DNA of 64,000 nt from Balanoglossus misakiensis (taxonomy: Eukaryota; Animalia; Hemichordata): positions 5,047,808 through 5,111,807 of the forward strand of contig CM082585.2 in NCBI GenBank assembly GCA_040954595.2. The letters run 5' to 3'. Each line of letters begins with the position of its first letter. Position 1 is the stretch's first letter. A program made the translations under genes and the position numbers. Under the pieces are notes generated by a model that was given only the letters and a program-made list of their open reading frames with translations, had not been told where the DNA came from and ran no database searches. This document shows, one piece after another, positions 25,551 through 38,650 of this stretch.

Positions 25551-26221
25551 CTATACTGGACTTGAAGGATCTATTGCAATTGACTTTCATCCTCAAATCA
25601 TGTTAGTAATGGCATGCATTTAGAACTCTCAAATATATTGCAAATAGAAACCTTCTCATCTGTTATAGCCATTGGGAAAACTTCATTTAAAACATACCCT
25701 AACACTGAGGAAATAGGACACAGACAAAGACAAATGTTAAAATGTACTCACACACAGATTAAAATCCCTGAAAACAGAACGTGTATAACATATCGAAAAC
25801 ATATTTAAAACAAGTAAAGGCCACAATGTCAAGTTTTTTATTGTATGCTAAAGAAGGCAGTACTTAAACTTGACAATTGTAAACCTTCACACAATACACT
25901 TATTTCAACATAACCATAAAACCAGTGTGTTTTTTTAAATTTAAAAAAAATGTCAAAAAACACACTGGTACACACACGCGCACATGCATACATATTCTTT
26001 ATTTATTATACAGGAAAGTACACTGCAGGAAGCGACAGGCATTGGATAGAAAAGAATTGAAGAGGGATTGTGATCTTCTGACGTCTCAGGCAAGTGAGGT
26101 GAAGCAGCGATGTCCGTGAGATGACCAGATAAAAAAATTGAAGAGGGACTGCGATCTTCTGACTTCTCCAGGAGCAGCTTTGTCGGATGACCAGGTACAA
26201 ACTCAGATAGGCCAAGAATCA

Positions 26222-29200
26222 TGAAAATTGAAATATGAATTTAAAAAATATCACCATGGCAACCACAGATGCCGAAATACAACAAGAGAGTACTCCCAGA
26301 CACCCAAAGACCATGAGAATTCAAATAAGAATTCAAACATGTAACCATGGCAACCACAGATGCCAACATACAACCCAGAGAGTACTCCCAGATACCCAAA
26401 GACCATGAGAATTCAAATATGAATTCAAACATATAACCATGGCAACCATAGATGCCAACATACAACCCAGAGAGTACTCCCAGATACCCAAAGACCATGA
26501 GAATTCAAATATGAATTCAAACATATAACCATGGCAACCACAGATGCCAAATACAACCCAGAAAGTACTCCCAGATACCCAAAGACCATAAGAATTCAAA
26601 TATGAATTCAAACATATAACCATGGCAACCACAGATGTAGAAAACAACCCAGAGAGTACTCCCAGATACCCAAAGACCATGAGAATTCAAATATGAATTC
26701 AAACATATAACCATGGCAACCATAGATGCCAACATACAACCCAGAGAGTACTCCCAGATACCCAAAGACCATGAGAATTCAAATATGAATTCAAACATAT
26801 AACCATGGCAACCACAGATACCAACATACAACCCAGAGAGTACTCCCAGATACCCAAAGACCATGAGAATTCAAATATGAATTCAAACATGTAACCATGG
26901 CAACCACAGATACCAACATACAAGCCAGAGAGTACTCCCAGATACCCGAAGACTATGAGAATTTAAATATGAATTCAAACATGTAACCATGGCAACCACA
27001 GATGCCAACATACAAGCCAGAGAGTACTCCCAGATACCCGAAGACCATGAGAATTCAAATATGAATTCAAACATATAACCATGGCAACCACAGATACCAA
27101 CATACAAGCCAGAGAGTACTCCCAGATACCCGAAGACTATGAGAATTCAAATATGAATTCAAACATGTAACCATGGCAACCACAGATGCCAACATACAAG
27201 CCAGAGAGTACTCCCAGATACCCGAAGACTATGAGAATTTAAATATGAATTCAAACATATAACCATGGCAACCACAGATACCAACATACAAGCCAGAGAG
27301 TACTCCCAGATACCCGAAGACTATGAGAATTCAAATATGAATTCAAACATATAACCATGGCAACCACAGATACCAACATACAACCCAGAGAGTACTCCCA
27401 GATACCCGAAGACCATGAGAATTCAAATATGAATTCAAACATATAACCATGGCAACCACAGATGCCAACATACAAGCCAGAGAGTACTCCCAGATACCCG
27501 AAGACTATGAGAATTTAAATATGAATTCAAACATGTAACCATGGCAACCACAGATGCCAACATACAAGCCAGAGAGTACTCCCAGATACCCGAAGACTAT
27601 GAGAATTTAAATATGAATTCAAACATGTAACCATGGCAACCACAGATGCCAACATACAAGCCAGAGAGTACTCCCAGATACCCGAAGACTATGAGAATTT
27701 AAATATGAATTCAAACATGTAACCATGGCAACCACAGATGCCAACATACAAGCCAGAGAGTACTCCCAGATACCCGAAGACCATGAGAATTCAAATATGA
27801 ATTCAAACATATAACCATGGCAACCACAGATACCAACATACAAGCCAGAGAGTACTCCCAGATACCCGAAGACCATGAGAATTTAAATATGAATTCAAAC
27901 ATGTAACCATGGCAACCACAGATGCCAACATACAACCCAGACAGTACTCCCAGATACCCAAAAACCATAAGAATTCAAATATGAATTCAAACATATAACC
28001 ATGGCAACCACAGATACCAACATACAAGCCAGAGAGTACTCCCAGATACCCGAAGACCATGAGAATTCAAATATGAATTCAAACATATAACCATGGCAAC
28101 CACAGATGCCAACATACAACCCAGAGAGTACTCCCAGATACCCAAAGACCATGAGAATTCAAATATGAATTCAAACATATAACCATGGCAACCACAGATG
28201 CCAACATACAAGCCAGAGAGTACTCCCAGATACCCGAAGACTATGAGAATTTAAATATGAATTCAAACATGTAACCATGGCAACCACAGATGCCAACATA
28301 CAAGCCAGAGAGTACTCCCAGATACCCGAAGACTATGAGAATTTAAATATGAATTCAAACATATAACCATGGCAACCACAGATACCAACATACAACCCAG
28401 AGAGTACTCCCAGATACCCGAAGACCATGAGAATTCAAATATGAATTCAAACATATAACCATGGCAACCACAGATACCAACATACAAGCCAGAGAGTACT
28501 CCCAGATACCCGAAGACCATGAGAATTCAAATATGAATTCAAACATATAACCATGGCAACCACAGATACCAACATACAACCCAGAGAGTACTCCCAGATA
28601 CCCGAAGACCATGAGAATTCAAATATGAATTCAAACATATAACCATGGCAACCACAGATACCAACATACAAGCCAGAGAGTACTCCCAGATACCCGAAGA
28701 CCATGAGAATTCAAATATGAATTCAAACATATAACCATGGCAACCACAGATACCAACATACAACCCAGACAGTACTCCCAGATACCCAAAAACCATAAGA
28801 ATTCAAATATGAATTCAAACATATAACCATGGCAACCACAGATGCCAACATACAACCCAGAGAGTACTCCCAGATACCCGAAGACCATGAGAATTCAAAT
28901 ATGAATTCAAACATATAACCATGGCAACCACAGATGCCAACATACAACCCAGAGAGTACTCCCAGATACCCGAAGACCATGAGAATTCAAATATGAATTC
29001 AAACATATAACCATGGCAACCACAGATACCAACATACAAGCCAGAGAGTACTCCCAGATACCCGAAGACCATGAGAATTCAAATATGAATTCAAACATAT
29101 AACCATGGCAACCACAGATGCCAACATACAACCCAGAGAGTACTCCCAGATACCCGAAGACCATGAGAATTCAAATATGAATTCAAACATATAACCATGG

Positions 29201-29700
29201 CAACCACAGATACCAACATACAAGCCAGAGAGTACTCCCAGATACCCGAAGACCATGAGAATTCAAATATGAATTCAAACATATAACCATGGCAACCACA
29301 GATGCCAACATACAACCCAGAGAGTACTCCCAGATACCCGAAGACCATGAGAATTCAAATATGAATTCAAACATATAACCATGGCAACCACAGATACCAA
29401 CATACAAGCCAGAGAGTACTCCCAGATACCCGAAGACCATGAGAATTCAAATATGAATTCAAACATATAACCATGGCAACCACAGATGCCAACATACAAC
29501 CCAGAGAGTACTCCCAGATACCCGAAAACCATGAGAATTTAAATATGAATTCAAACATGTAACCATGGCAACCACAGATGCCAACATACAACCCAGACAG
29601 TACTCCCAGATACCCAAAAACCATAAGAATTCATATATGAATTCAAAAATAAATCCATGGCAACCACAGATGCCAACATACAACCACAGAGAATTCCAAG
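26222..29700. repeat. 92-bp satellite array, ~37-38 copies
   Basis: Unit aaatatgaattcaaacat(a/g)taaccatggcaaccacagat(g/a)ccaacatacaa(c/g)ccagagagtactcccagataccc(a/g)aagac(c/t)atgagaatt(c/t). The edges are degenerate. Confidence 0.97.
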
Positions 29701-29989
29701 ACAACCAAAAATGATGGACATTGAACTACAGCTTGAAAACAACAACCATGGCAATCACATATGCCCAAATTCAACTTCTGAACTCCAAGATAATCAACAC
29801 AACCATAAATCTCCCAGACACAAAAAAATGTTATCTCTCCATAGAAAAAAAGAAAAGGATTCAGCAGTCTTGTAACTGCTCATCAAAATGCAATACAGAA
29901 TAAACATATATTACACCACTCGCAAACAAATGTACATTATACATGCATAGTGGCACACACACAGACCCTTCGGTACATTACATTACAAT

Positions 29990-30172
29990 ACATAGGTACA
30001 TACATACATACATACATACATACATACAGATGTACATAACATATACACACAAATAAGTGAATGACACAAATAAATAAATAAATAAATAAATAAAAAAAAT
30101 AAACTCATGTATGAATGAATGAATGAATGAACAGACAGATATGCCCCCAAGCAAACAAAATAAATAAATAAA
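29990..30172. repeat. (TACA)/(AAAT)/(GAAT) microsatellite cluster
   Basis: Visible directly. Confidence 0.85.
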
Positions 30173-33100
30173 GGTGCAAGCAGCCTTGAAGGTGCCCAAA
30201 AGAGACTTGTAGCCCTATTGGTTAGCCTAGAATTAGGTATGCACATAATTAATGAGGTTAACATGGTAAATGGGGTCCCGAATTTTGGCAACAAATTTTC
30301 ATCCCATAATAGAACATATTCACAAATTGCACCTCTAACCCTTTCCGTAAGCTTAGAATTTAATATGCAAATTAATACGTCATATTTATGTATTAATTCG
30401 CATTTATGTTATATTCAGGTCAAAGGTGAGGTCATGTGACATATTGGCAAAATGATTTGGTCCCATAATGCAACCTGTCATCCAAAAATATGCTTTCTAG
30501 GAAAATTTGCATGTGTAGAATTTGATATGCATAATTAATGAGGGTCAACATTCAAGGGTAACCCCCAAATTTAAGTACTGTATACATAAGGCTGTCTGAC
30601 TCTTACCTGTCCATCAAAAACTAGTCCTCTGGCTCTGTTGGTTGCCCTAACATATTAGACATGCATTCATCAAATGAGGGTCAAAGGTCAGGGGGTAACC
30701 CCCAAATTTGGCTTTTTATTTTGGTCCCATGCTGCTCACTAGCTGTCGAGGACCACTGACCAGACTGCCAGAATAAGATGTGCTTATAGCTTTAATATAG
30801 GGGTATAGGCCTATGGCTGGGTCAAAGGTCATGGAAAAATTGTATCAATACTGATATAAAAATCTCAAAATCGACAAGGCCTAGGACCTTGAAATTTATC
30901 ATGTAGGAGCTTGGCCATATTTTTTGCAAAGATTTGTAACATAAGTTTGATTCCTCAATTGTTATGAAAATGAGGTTCATTTGAAAATTTCAATCCAAGA
31001 TGGCCGCCAGGTCACATGACTAATTAAAAATTCAAGAGCATTTTGGTAGAGATTTTATAGGCCTGCATCATTGTGCCAAGTATGAGAAGTAGACTTAGAA
31101 AAACTACACAAGAAGCAGGGGAAGAAAAAAAAGGAAAATGCCAATAAGGACCTCACCTTGCCCTGACCTCCATCCTTTGGGTATAAAAAAAAACTCCTAT
31201 GATTGCCAACTTTGTATCATTTAGCTACAAAAATCAATGCGTCATACTGACAAAATGTACAATACTAGCAAATCATGCCTATGTCAAGTACAATAATGGA
31301 AAATAAAATATAGAGAGAGAGAGCAAGTCTGAGGTGGTTTATTACTGTTCATTGTCATGTTTGCTTTCAAAACAGAAGTGTTTCAAACAAGTTTTGTACC
31401 AATACAGCAATAATGCTGTAATCATGTTTGTTTTTTGTTTACCATTAAGCTTAATGTTGGTACAGTGGGTGTAATATTGCGCTCTCTAAGGCTGAATGGT
31501 AAACACCTGAAGGCTGCTGTATCCAGTGCAATTAGATTGTAGTTCTATTTTACTCAGTGCTTGTTACGCGCAGTGCTTATTGTGCCTACAAGGACCCAAC
31601 AACCTTCAGGTTCTGCTAAACCAATCATGTAGAAATTTAGGACTGTAATATAGCAAGAGGGTTTAATTCATTTGAAAATATTTTATTTCAATGACAAACT
31701 TACAGTAGTGTTGGCATACTGACATGTACATGTTGCAATTTAATGTTAACGAGCTCCCTCTATCTCTGACACAATTACAAAAAAGTTGAATTCGGATCAT
31801 AACTAAAGGTAGATTGATCAATGTTCAATTACAATCAATGGGGAAGTTCTGTTCTTGAAATGACGATGAAATCAAGCACAGTTGGTTTAAGTCCGTGAGA
31901 GAAAGTCGTTACGCGTCCCTGGAAACTTCTCTGCATATGACGCACTGGCCTTTTAATTCTTACATGTATCCTCTTCGTTCCTATAAACAGAAATAGGGCA
32001 TTTCACTCACCTTGCATTGATTTACATCACATCAGCTAAAGAAACATTTAACATTCACTTCACACAAAAACAAAACTGTGCTTCTGTCAAACACTGACCC
32101 CGGGGATAAGGTCTATAATGTGGCAACATCCAATCAGGTAGTTTGTTGATCACAATCAGTGGTTCATCTAGATGGGGCCCGGGGGATGTTGCTATCCTCT
32201 AGTAATGTGTCACCTGGGGGATGGGGATAGGGCAATTGGGGGAAGGGGTGGGTTGGGGGAGGGGGTAAGAGGGTGTGGGTGGGGTTGAAGGGGGGGTGGG
32301 GGCAAGTCGACAAGTTCCTGGTTTACTTTGATACACAGTGAAACAGTCAGTTACGGACACCGTTGGGTTTTTTGTCAGTAATGGGGAGGAGGTATCTGCT
32401 TTGGTCAATCTCATTAATATTCACCACAATCATGCATGAAACAAACACACACAAAATGCTCACATGCAGAGTAAACACACAGTGGAGGAAGTGTGTCTGT
32501 AACGGCATAAAAGCATAAAAGCCTAGCTAAGTGTCTCTAAACTTCAACAATTGAGAGTGGAAATCAGCACTGAGTCCACTGAAAATCAAAGGCACAGAAA
32601 AGTTTTCCCTGTGACCTTGATGGGCCAAACAGATGTCGGTGAGCTTTGATACTCTTTATTATTCATGAAGCAATCTCTCATTGTGGAAATTTGCATCATT
32701 ACCAAGTGGAATACCCGAGTTTCGAGATTCTCACGAGACATACAAAAAACGAGGCTCATGAGGATGAGCATGTACTGTGCACACAGACTGAGAGTACGCG
32801 TTCAGTGACTGATAAGTTTCTTATTATCCATACACTTTATTGTTCCATGACGCCCGTGGTCCAAGCTGCTTTCACTATCACTCAGCGAACAACCCGCCAT
32901 GCGTTGTTCACCCTCAGCTTAGTGCTGAACTATTCTCACGGCCTGTTCAAGAATCTCGCTCCGTATCTTGAAGACGGAGTATTGAATACAAAGTCACACT
33001 TCTGGGCCATTATCAGTGGCCGCTGTCTGCATTGTGAAAGTGTCCGTATTTGTCAGTTTTTTTTATTGTTTTAAGTGACAACAATTCAGGAGTTTACATT

Positions 33101-34264
33101 CTGTCCACAAAGTGTCCGTAATGACAGGTTTCACTGTATATTTCAACAAGTCGACAGGAGAAAAGCTAACAGTCTTTGAGTCTTTTCAAAGCATAGCGCC
33201 AAAGACACTGTTGTCCCATCGGGGGATTACACAGAAAAAGGTGAACACCAATCACATATGACCTTAATTCAAATTTCACAGCAATCGCACAGGCAATTTA
33301 AGAGAAAATGATACTTGTTCAACAATGGCAAAGACTGCCCCTAAATAAAAATATGCAAATATCACTTAAATTGTATAATATTTTTTTTCTTCCAGCAGTT
33401 GTAAGTTTCTGAGTTTTGACAAACATCACACTGTTCCAGCTCATTGGCTGATTTCTGGCAATAGTAACTTTATTTGAACAAAATACCATCCACAGGGCAG
33501 AGTTGACTTTTCAGAGCAAAAAAGAAAAGAAACGCGTTATTGGTGAATCTGAATCTGTGGGTTAATCTGAAACTGAAATTGACATCAACTTCGAAAACAA
33601 ATATGGCCAGTAATAGGCAGTCACGATCTCGCACTTGCCATACAATATAGTACGAACGTAGTATTTTCTGCGGGAGTAATTTTGGCAACATTACACCTAT
33701 TTGGGAATCGTTATATTTAATTATACAGGTAAATTTTGGAGTTATATCTGAGGTCAAAAAAGTTCTGAGGTCGGGGTTCTGAGGTTCTGAAACTTCAGAA
33801 GGCTCTATAGGGCTCTGACTCATGGGGCTCTGAAAAGTCAACTCTACCCATCCACAGTTTTGCCTACATCTATGTACCAAATATTGCTGTGATGTGCCCA
33901 GCGTTTTTCAAATTTTTGATTTGGACGAACATACAGACGCAACCGATCCCATGAAGTCCCAATATACATATACCAAATGAGACCTAACATTAGTTTGATT
34001 GCATGACATTGAAACAGGCCAAGTCTGAGTAATGTCTGACCAAGATTGAGAAATCAGAATAATGGCCACATGGTTGGATCCCCTCAGACTTATGGCTCTG
34101 TACTTAAATTTCTTGTTCATGGTGGCCATTCTGATCAAACCGCAAACAAAATTTGATGTGCGTATGTACATCACGGTACATTGTCTATGTACTAAATTTT
34201 AATGACATTGCAGTCGTCACATCAGAAAAATTGTACCATACGCTATTGCAGTTTGCACTTTAAA

Positions 34265-35235
34265 TTGTTACCTTTGAAATCTGCTTCGTCTTCATGCAGG
34301 CATCTACAGATCTATATGCAGGTTGGCTGATGTTGATCATCACAGAGAAACTGTTATCTACAAAAATGAAAAATAGATCAATACGTAATTTTGTGTCAAA
34401 CAGCACAATGGCAAACTGTAGCAGATGATCTCTTGTCTTCATGGACAATAAAATAAATCCAAAAAACATCCAAAAATGAGCTATTAAATTCTACACCGTC
34501 ATCCATGGGGTCAACCAAATCTTGAGTTTTACCTTCTGTTACCTTCAAATCTGCTTGGCAGCACCCAGGTCTAGATTGCCAAATGTTAATCACCAGAAAC
34601 AGCTGTCTTCTGCAAATATGAAAAAAATATTATCCAATAAGTATATCTGCGACAAACAGCACTATAGTAAAATGTATCTATGGACAGAGATGATCTCCTG
34701 TCTTCATGAACAATACATCCAAAAATGAGCAACTTAAAATCTATCCATGGGGTCAACCAAATCTTGACTTTTACCTTCTGTTACCTTTGAATCTGCTTGG
34801 CAGCACGCAGGTCTAGATTGGCAAATGTTGATCGCCAGAGAGAAACAGCTGTCTTCTGCAAAGATGAAAAATATGCCAATAAGTATTTCTGTGTCAAACA
34901 GCACTAATAGTAAAATGTATCTAAAGACAGAGATGATCTCCTGTCTTCATGGACAATGTAATATCTCAAACACTGCCATCCACAATGAGCAGTTTATGCT
35001 GTCAGCCACGGGGGTCTACTGAATCTGAGAAAACTAAGCATTACCTTTGAACTCTGCTTGGCTGCTTAATTAAAGGCATGCGTCCAGATCTGAGTTGGTA
35101 AATGTTGATCATCAGAGAGCTGTTATCTGCAAAATAGCAAAATGTGAAAAATATGCCAATAAGTATTTTTCTGTCGAACAAAACAACAGTTAAATCTATG
35201 CATGGACAGATAATTTCCTGTCCTCATGAGCAATA
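34265..35235. repeat. Degenerate ~240-270-bp tandem repeat, 4 copies
   Basis: ttacctt(t/c)(g)aa(a)tctgctt.. recurs at ~34267, 34538, 34780 and 35040, each followed by ..tgtc(t/c)tcatg. Confidence 0.8.
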
Positions 35236-36055
35236 CAAGATGCCATAATGTTGTGCGTGAACTTGTGGACAAATCTTTGCCTTTTGTGACATTGAGATCT
35301 TAATTGCGGTTTATGAAATTAGTGTACTTCAATGGCTGGTCATTAATTTGCATACTCACACCACAGGAATCATGTTACCTGGTTACCAGTTTGGCGTCTG
35401 GACAGGAGGATATATTCCGCATCATTGAAACCTGAAACTAATGAGAAAAAAATGTGTAAATAGACAATTATAACTGACTGCTAAGGACTTCAGCTTGGCT
35501 GCTAGCAAACCCCAACACCTGCAACAAATAATAAATAGTAATGTTAATTCATAATCATAGACTGAGTGTGTTTGATGTTACTTCTGGTATACATACATTG
35601 TGTTGCGCTTTTCATCTGTTGGTTACTTAGCTTATACACATTGTAAAACTCTAGGAGCCGATAAATTTATTTACCCACTAAACTTTAAAAATAGAGAAAA
35701 CTATTGTCACTTTAATTAATAGTACTAACCTAACAAATCACCGTCATTAATGTAGTCATATAGGGGATTAAATTCTACACATTATCAATAAATTATTCCA
35801 GTAGTTATTACCTATCTAGATATTGTGCACATTCTAACTCTCTCTAGGTATGTTAGTTCCTAACTAGAAAATCACCACTGTAATTTATGCAGAGTTATGC
35901 ATGAGTTCAAAGAAAGTTATTCCCTATAATCATTATTCATATTTACTAAATTATGCCCTCTAGCTAAGCTTACTTGACAATGTCAGTACAAATTCAGCAA
36001 AAAAAGTTTAACAGCTGTGGGTTAATGAAAAACAACATATTTCTTATTTATCTTT

Positions 36056-36180
36056 TCATCATCATTATCATCATCACCATTGTCATCATCATCACCACCA
36101 TCATCATCATCACCATTATCATCATCGTCGTCATCATCATCATCATCATCATCATCATTATCACCATCATCATCACGACA
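36056..36180. repeat. (ATC)n microsatellite
   Basis: Visible directly. Confidence 0.9.
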
Positions 36181-37297
36181 GCCATCAACATTAGAAAAAC
36201 CATCAAAGTCATCACCAGAACAATTAATTTATCAATTAACACAAAAACTGCCACCATCACCAACATAACAAGAACAAATGCAAAATATTAAATGACTCAT
36301 GAAAATCAGAAACTTTCAAGTAACAGTCTAAAGTCACTAGTTTATTATTCGAGCTGTATTATACTCTTAAATATTATGTTTGTTTTAATCAGTCCGTAAT
36401 TTAGTAAGTCTAAGAAAATTGTAATATTTAACATTCAAATTATAATTATTCATATGCATAGCTGACATTAGACACCAGTAATTCTCAATCGTGATTTTAA
36501 ATTACTGAAATTTCCAAAACAGACAAGCCTATACATGTTACCATGTAAATGGCTTTCCAATTAACAAATAAGGGCTCACTTTTGAAAAAAGGGGAAAAGA
36601 GCTGTTGGTGAAACTGACTGGATAGTATTTAACACAATAAAATATATAGGTACATAAATCTTATATAATGCAATGTTTAATCATATCATTTAATCTGGAA
36701 TGAAATCATGCATTTGAGACACATCAATTGTGTACAATGCAAGTAACTCTGTCTGAAAAAAAAGGGTTAGTTCAAAGTTTAAATATCAAGCTACAGTACA
36801 TGTACCTGAAACAAAAATTTGTTATCACTGACACATATTCCATGGTTATCAATGAGAACACCATGGTTACGCTTATCTGCCAGGGGTAAATGCAGACAAT
36901 TTTCACAAAGGTTGTTGTTAACGATTTTGAAACACTGTTCACTTCATAACACAATGAATTCCACATGGTAAAATAATAAAATAAAACACATTAATGATGC
37001 AGCATTTTCATACTGCAAGTACTTAAAGTCTTATCTACACAATTACATATGATTGATAAATCAGAAATTTTACAACACTCTGAGTGAGTGGTTACTTATA
37101 CGGTACATCATGTTTGCGAGTGCTAGGTATGTCATGTTTGCGAATGCAAGGTATGTAAATGACCTACCCAAATCTGACTGGCCAGGTCAGAATGGGGACG
37201 CACACGTGTGTGCGAGTTTCAACAAAATACACCTGAGAACATGACTGCACCGAGCAGATCACCTATTTACACTGCTTTGTGCCATTACATGTGTGAA

Positions 37298-37760
37298 TCT
37301 CATAGCAAACTTTCCCCTGTTGAAGTAAAGTCTAAGTATTGCAACATTGTGGAATTCATTTGGTTATTACACGACAAAACATTTGAGATTACAACTTCAA
37401 ATCTATAGATACTATAAGATCTATGCGTGTATCTCATAGTAAACTTTCCCCTGTTGAAGTAAAGTATCACTATAGTAACAGTGTCGAACTCATTTGGTTA
37501 TTACACAACAAAACATTTGAGATTACAATTTCAAATCTATAGACACTATAAGATCTGTGTGTGTATCTCATAGTAACTTTCGTTTCCCCTGTTGAAGTAA
37601 AGTACAATGTTTAACTATAGCAACATTGTGGAATTCATTTGGTTATTACACGACAAAACATTTGAGATTACAACTTCAAATCTATAGATACTATAAGATC
37701 TATGTGTGTATCTCATAGAAACTTTCCCCTGTTGAAGTAAAGTATAACTATAGCAACATA
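37298..37760. repeat. ~135-145-bp tandem repeat, ~3.3 copies
   Basis: tctcatag..aactttcccctgttgaagtaaagt recurs at ~37298, 37432, 37566 and 37711. Confidence 0.88.
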
Positions 37761-38379
37761 CAACGTGTACAAGTTGGTAAATTCATATACAGGTCTTTTG
37801 TCTGGAAAACAGACAGGGTTAACTGTGTAAAATGGCATTTTACGTTCATTCCTAGAAAAAAAATAATGCTATTAATTCAACACACCAGTCATGTTTTCAC
37901 CAACAGCTCTATGTACTAGGATCATCTTTCTCTAGTCTGTACACAAAATCAACTGCCTTGCAAAACTCTGTACACAGAATCACAAAGTATGCAATATCAA
38001 CTATGCATCTTTCAGGCTACCAATTCTGATGAACGTTTAAGATGAATGTGACTGACTGTCTTAATGAAAATACAGCTCTGTGTAATTTATAGTAAAATTC
38101 AACCTTCACTAACATTATTATTTATACCACCACAACCACAATGCGACAGCTAACAGGTACAACATTACAGCCATTATTCTGGATTAAATTAAGACCATTA
38201 ATCACCACCTACACCATTCAAAACATATTCATTCTCCAGCCAATTACATCCCAAAGCATCTTGAAGATCCATCAAAACCAGACAATACCACATTGACATA
38301 TGCTCAGCAGAAACTGGGGTCTTTCTTAAACAGTTATAAAGTACTAATCATAATCATCACCAATATTACTGTTATTTTC

Positions 38380-38650
38380 ATTATATCATCTGAATCGTCA
38401 TTATCATTGTTTTACCATTTCATCATCATCATCATCATCATCATCATTATTCATTACTGTATTTTAATTTTATCATCATTATTCATTACTGTTTTTTTGT
38501 TATATCATCATCATCTTGTCATTACTATTTTCGTTATTTCATAATCATTATCATCACCGTCATCATCATTATTACTGTTTTTGTTTATCATCAATTTCAT
38601 CATTGTCATCTCATCATTATCATTTTATTATTATCTTTGTTATCATATCA
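38380..38650. repeat. (ATC/ATT)n low-complexity tract
   Basis: Visible directly. Confidence 0.8.

Noticed and set aside
26241-29754. Dozens of 74-115-aa minus-strand ORFs (MVFGYLGVLSGLYVGICGCHG..)
   Set aside because: By-product of the 92-bp satellite. The unit is not a multiple of 3, so each frame closes periodically; there is no coding evidence.
32640-33074. 142-aa plus-strand ORF, and possible hammerhead/SECIS motifs nearby
   Set aside because: No recognisable protein motif. The ctcatgag..cgaaac tract lacks the CUGANGA core, and no SECIS geometry or sensible in-frame UGA was found.
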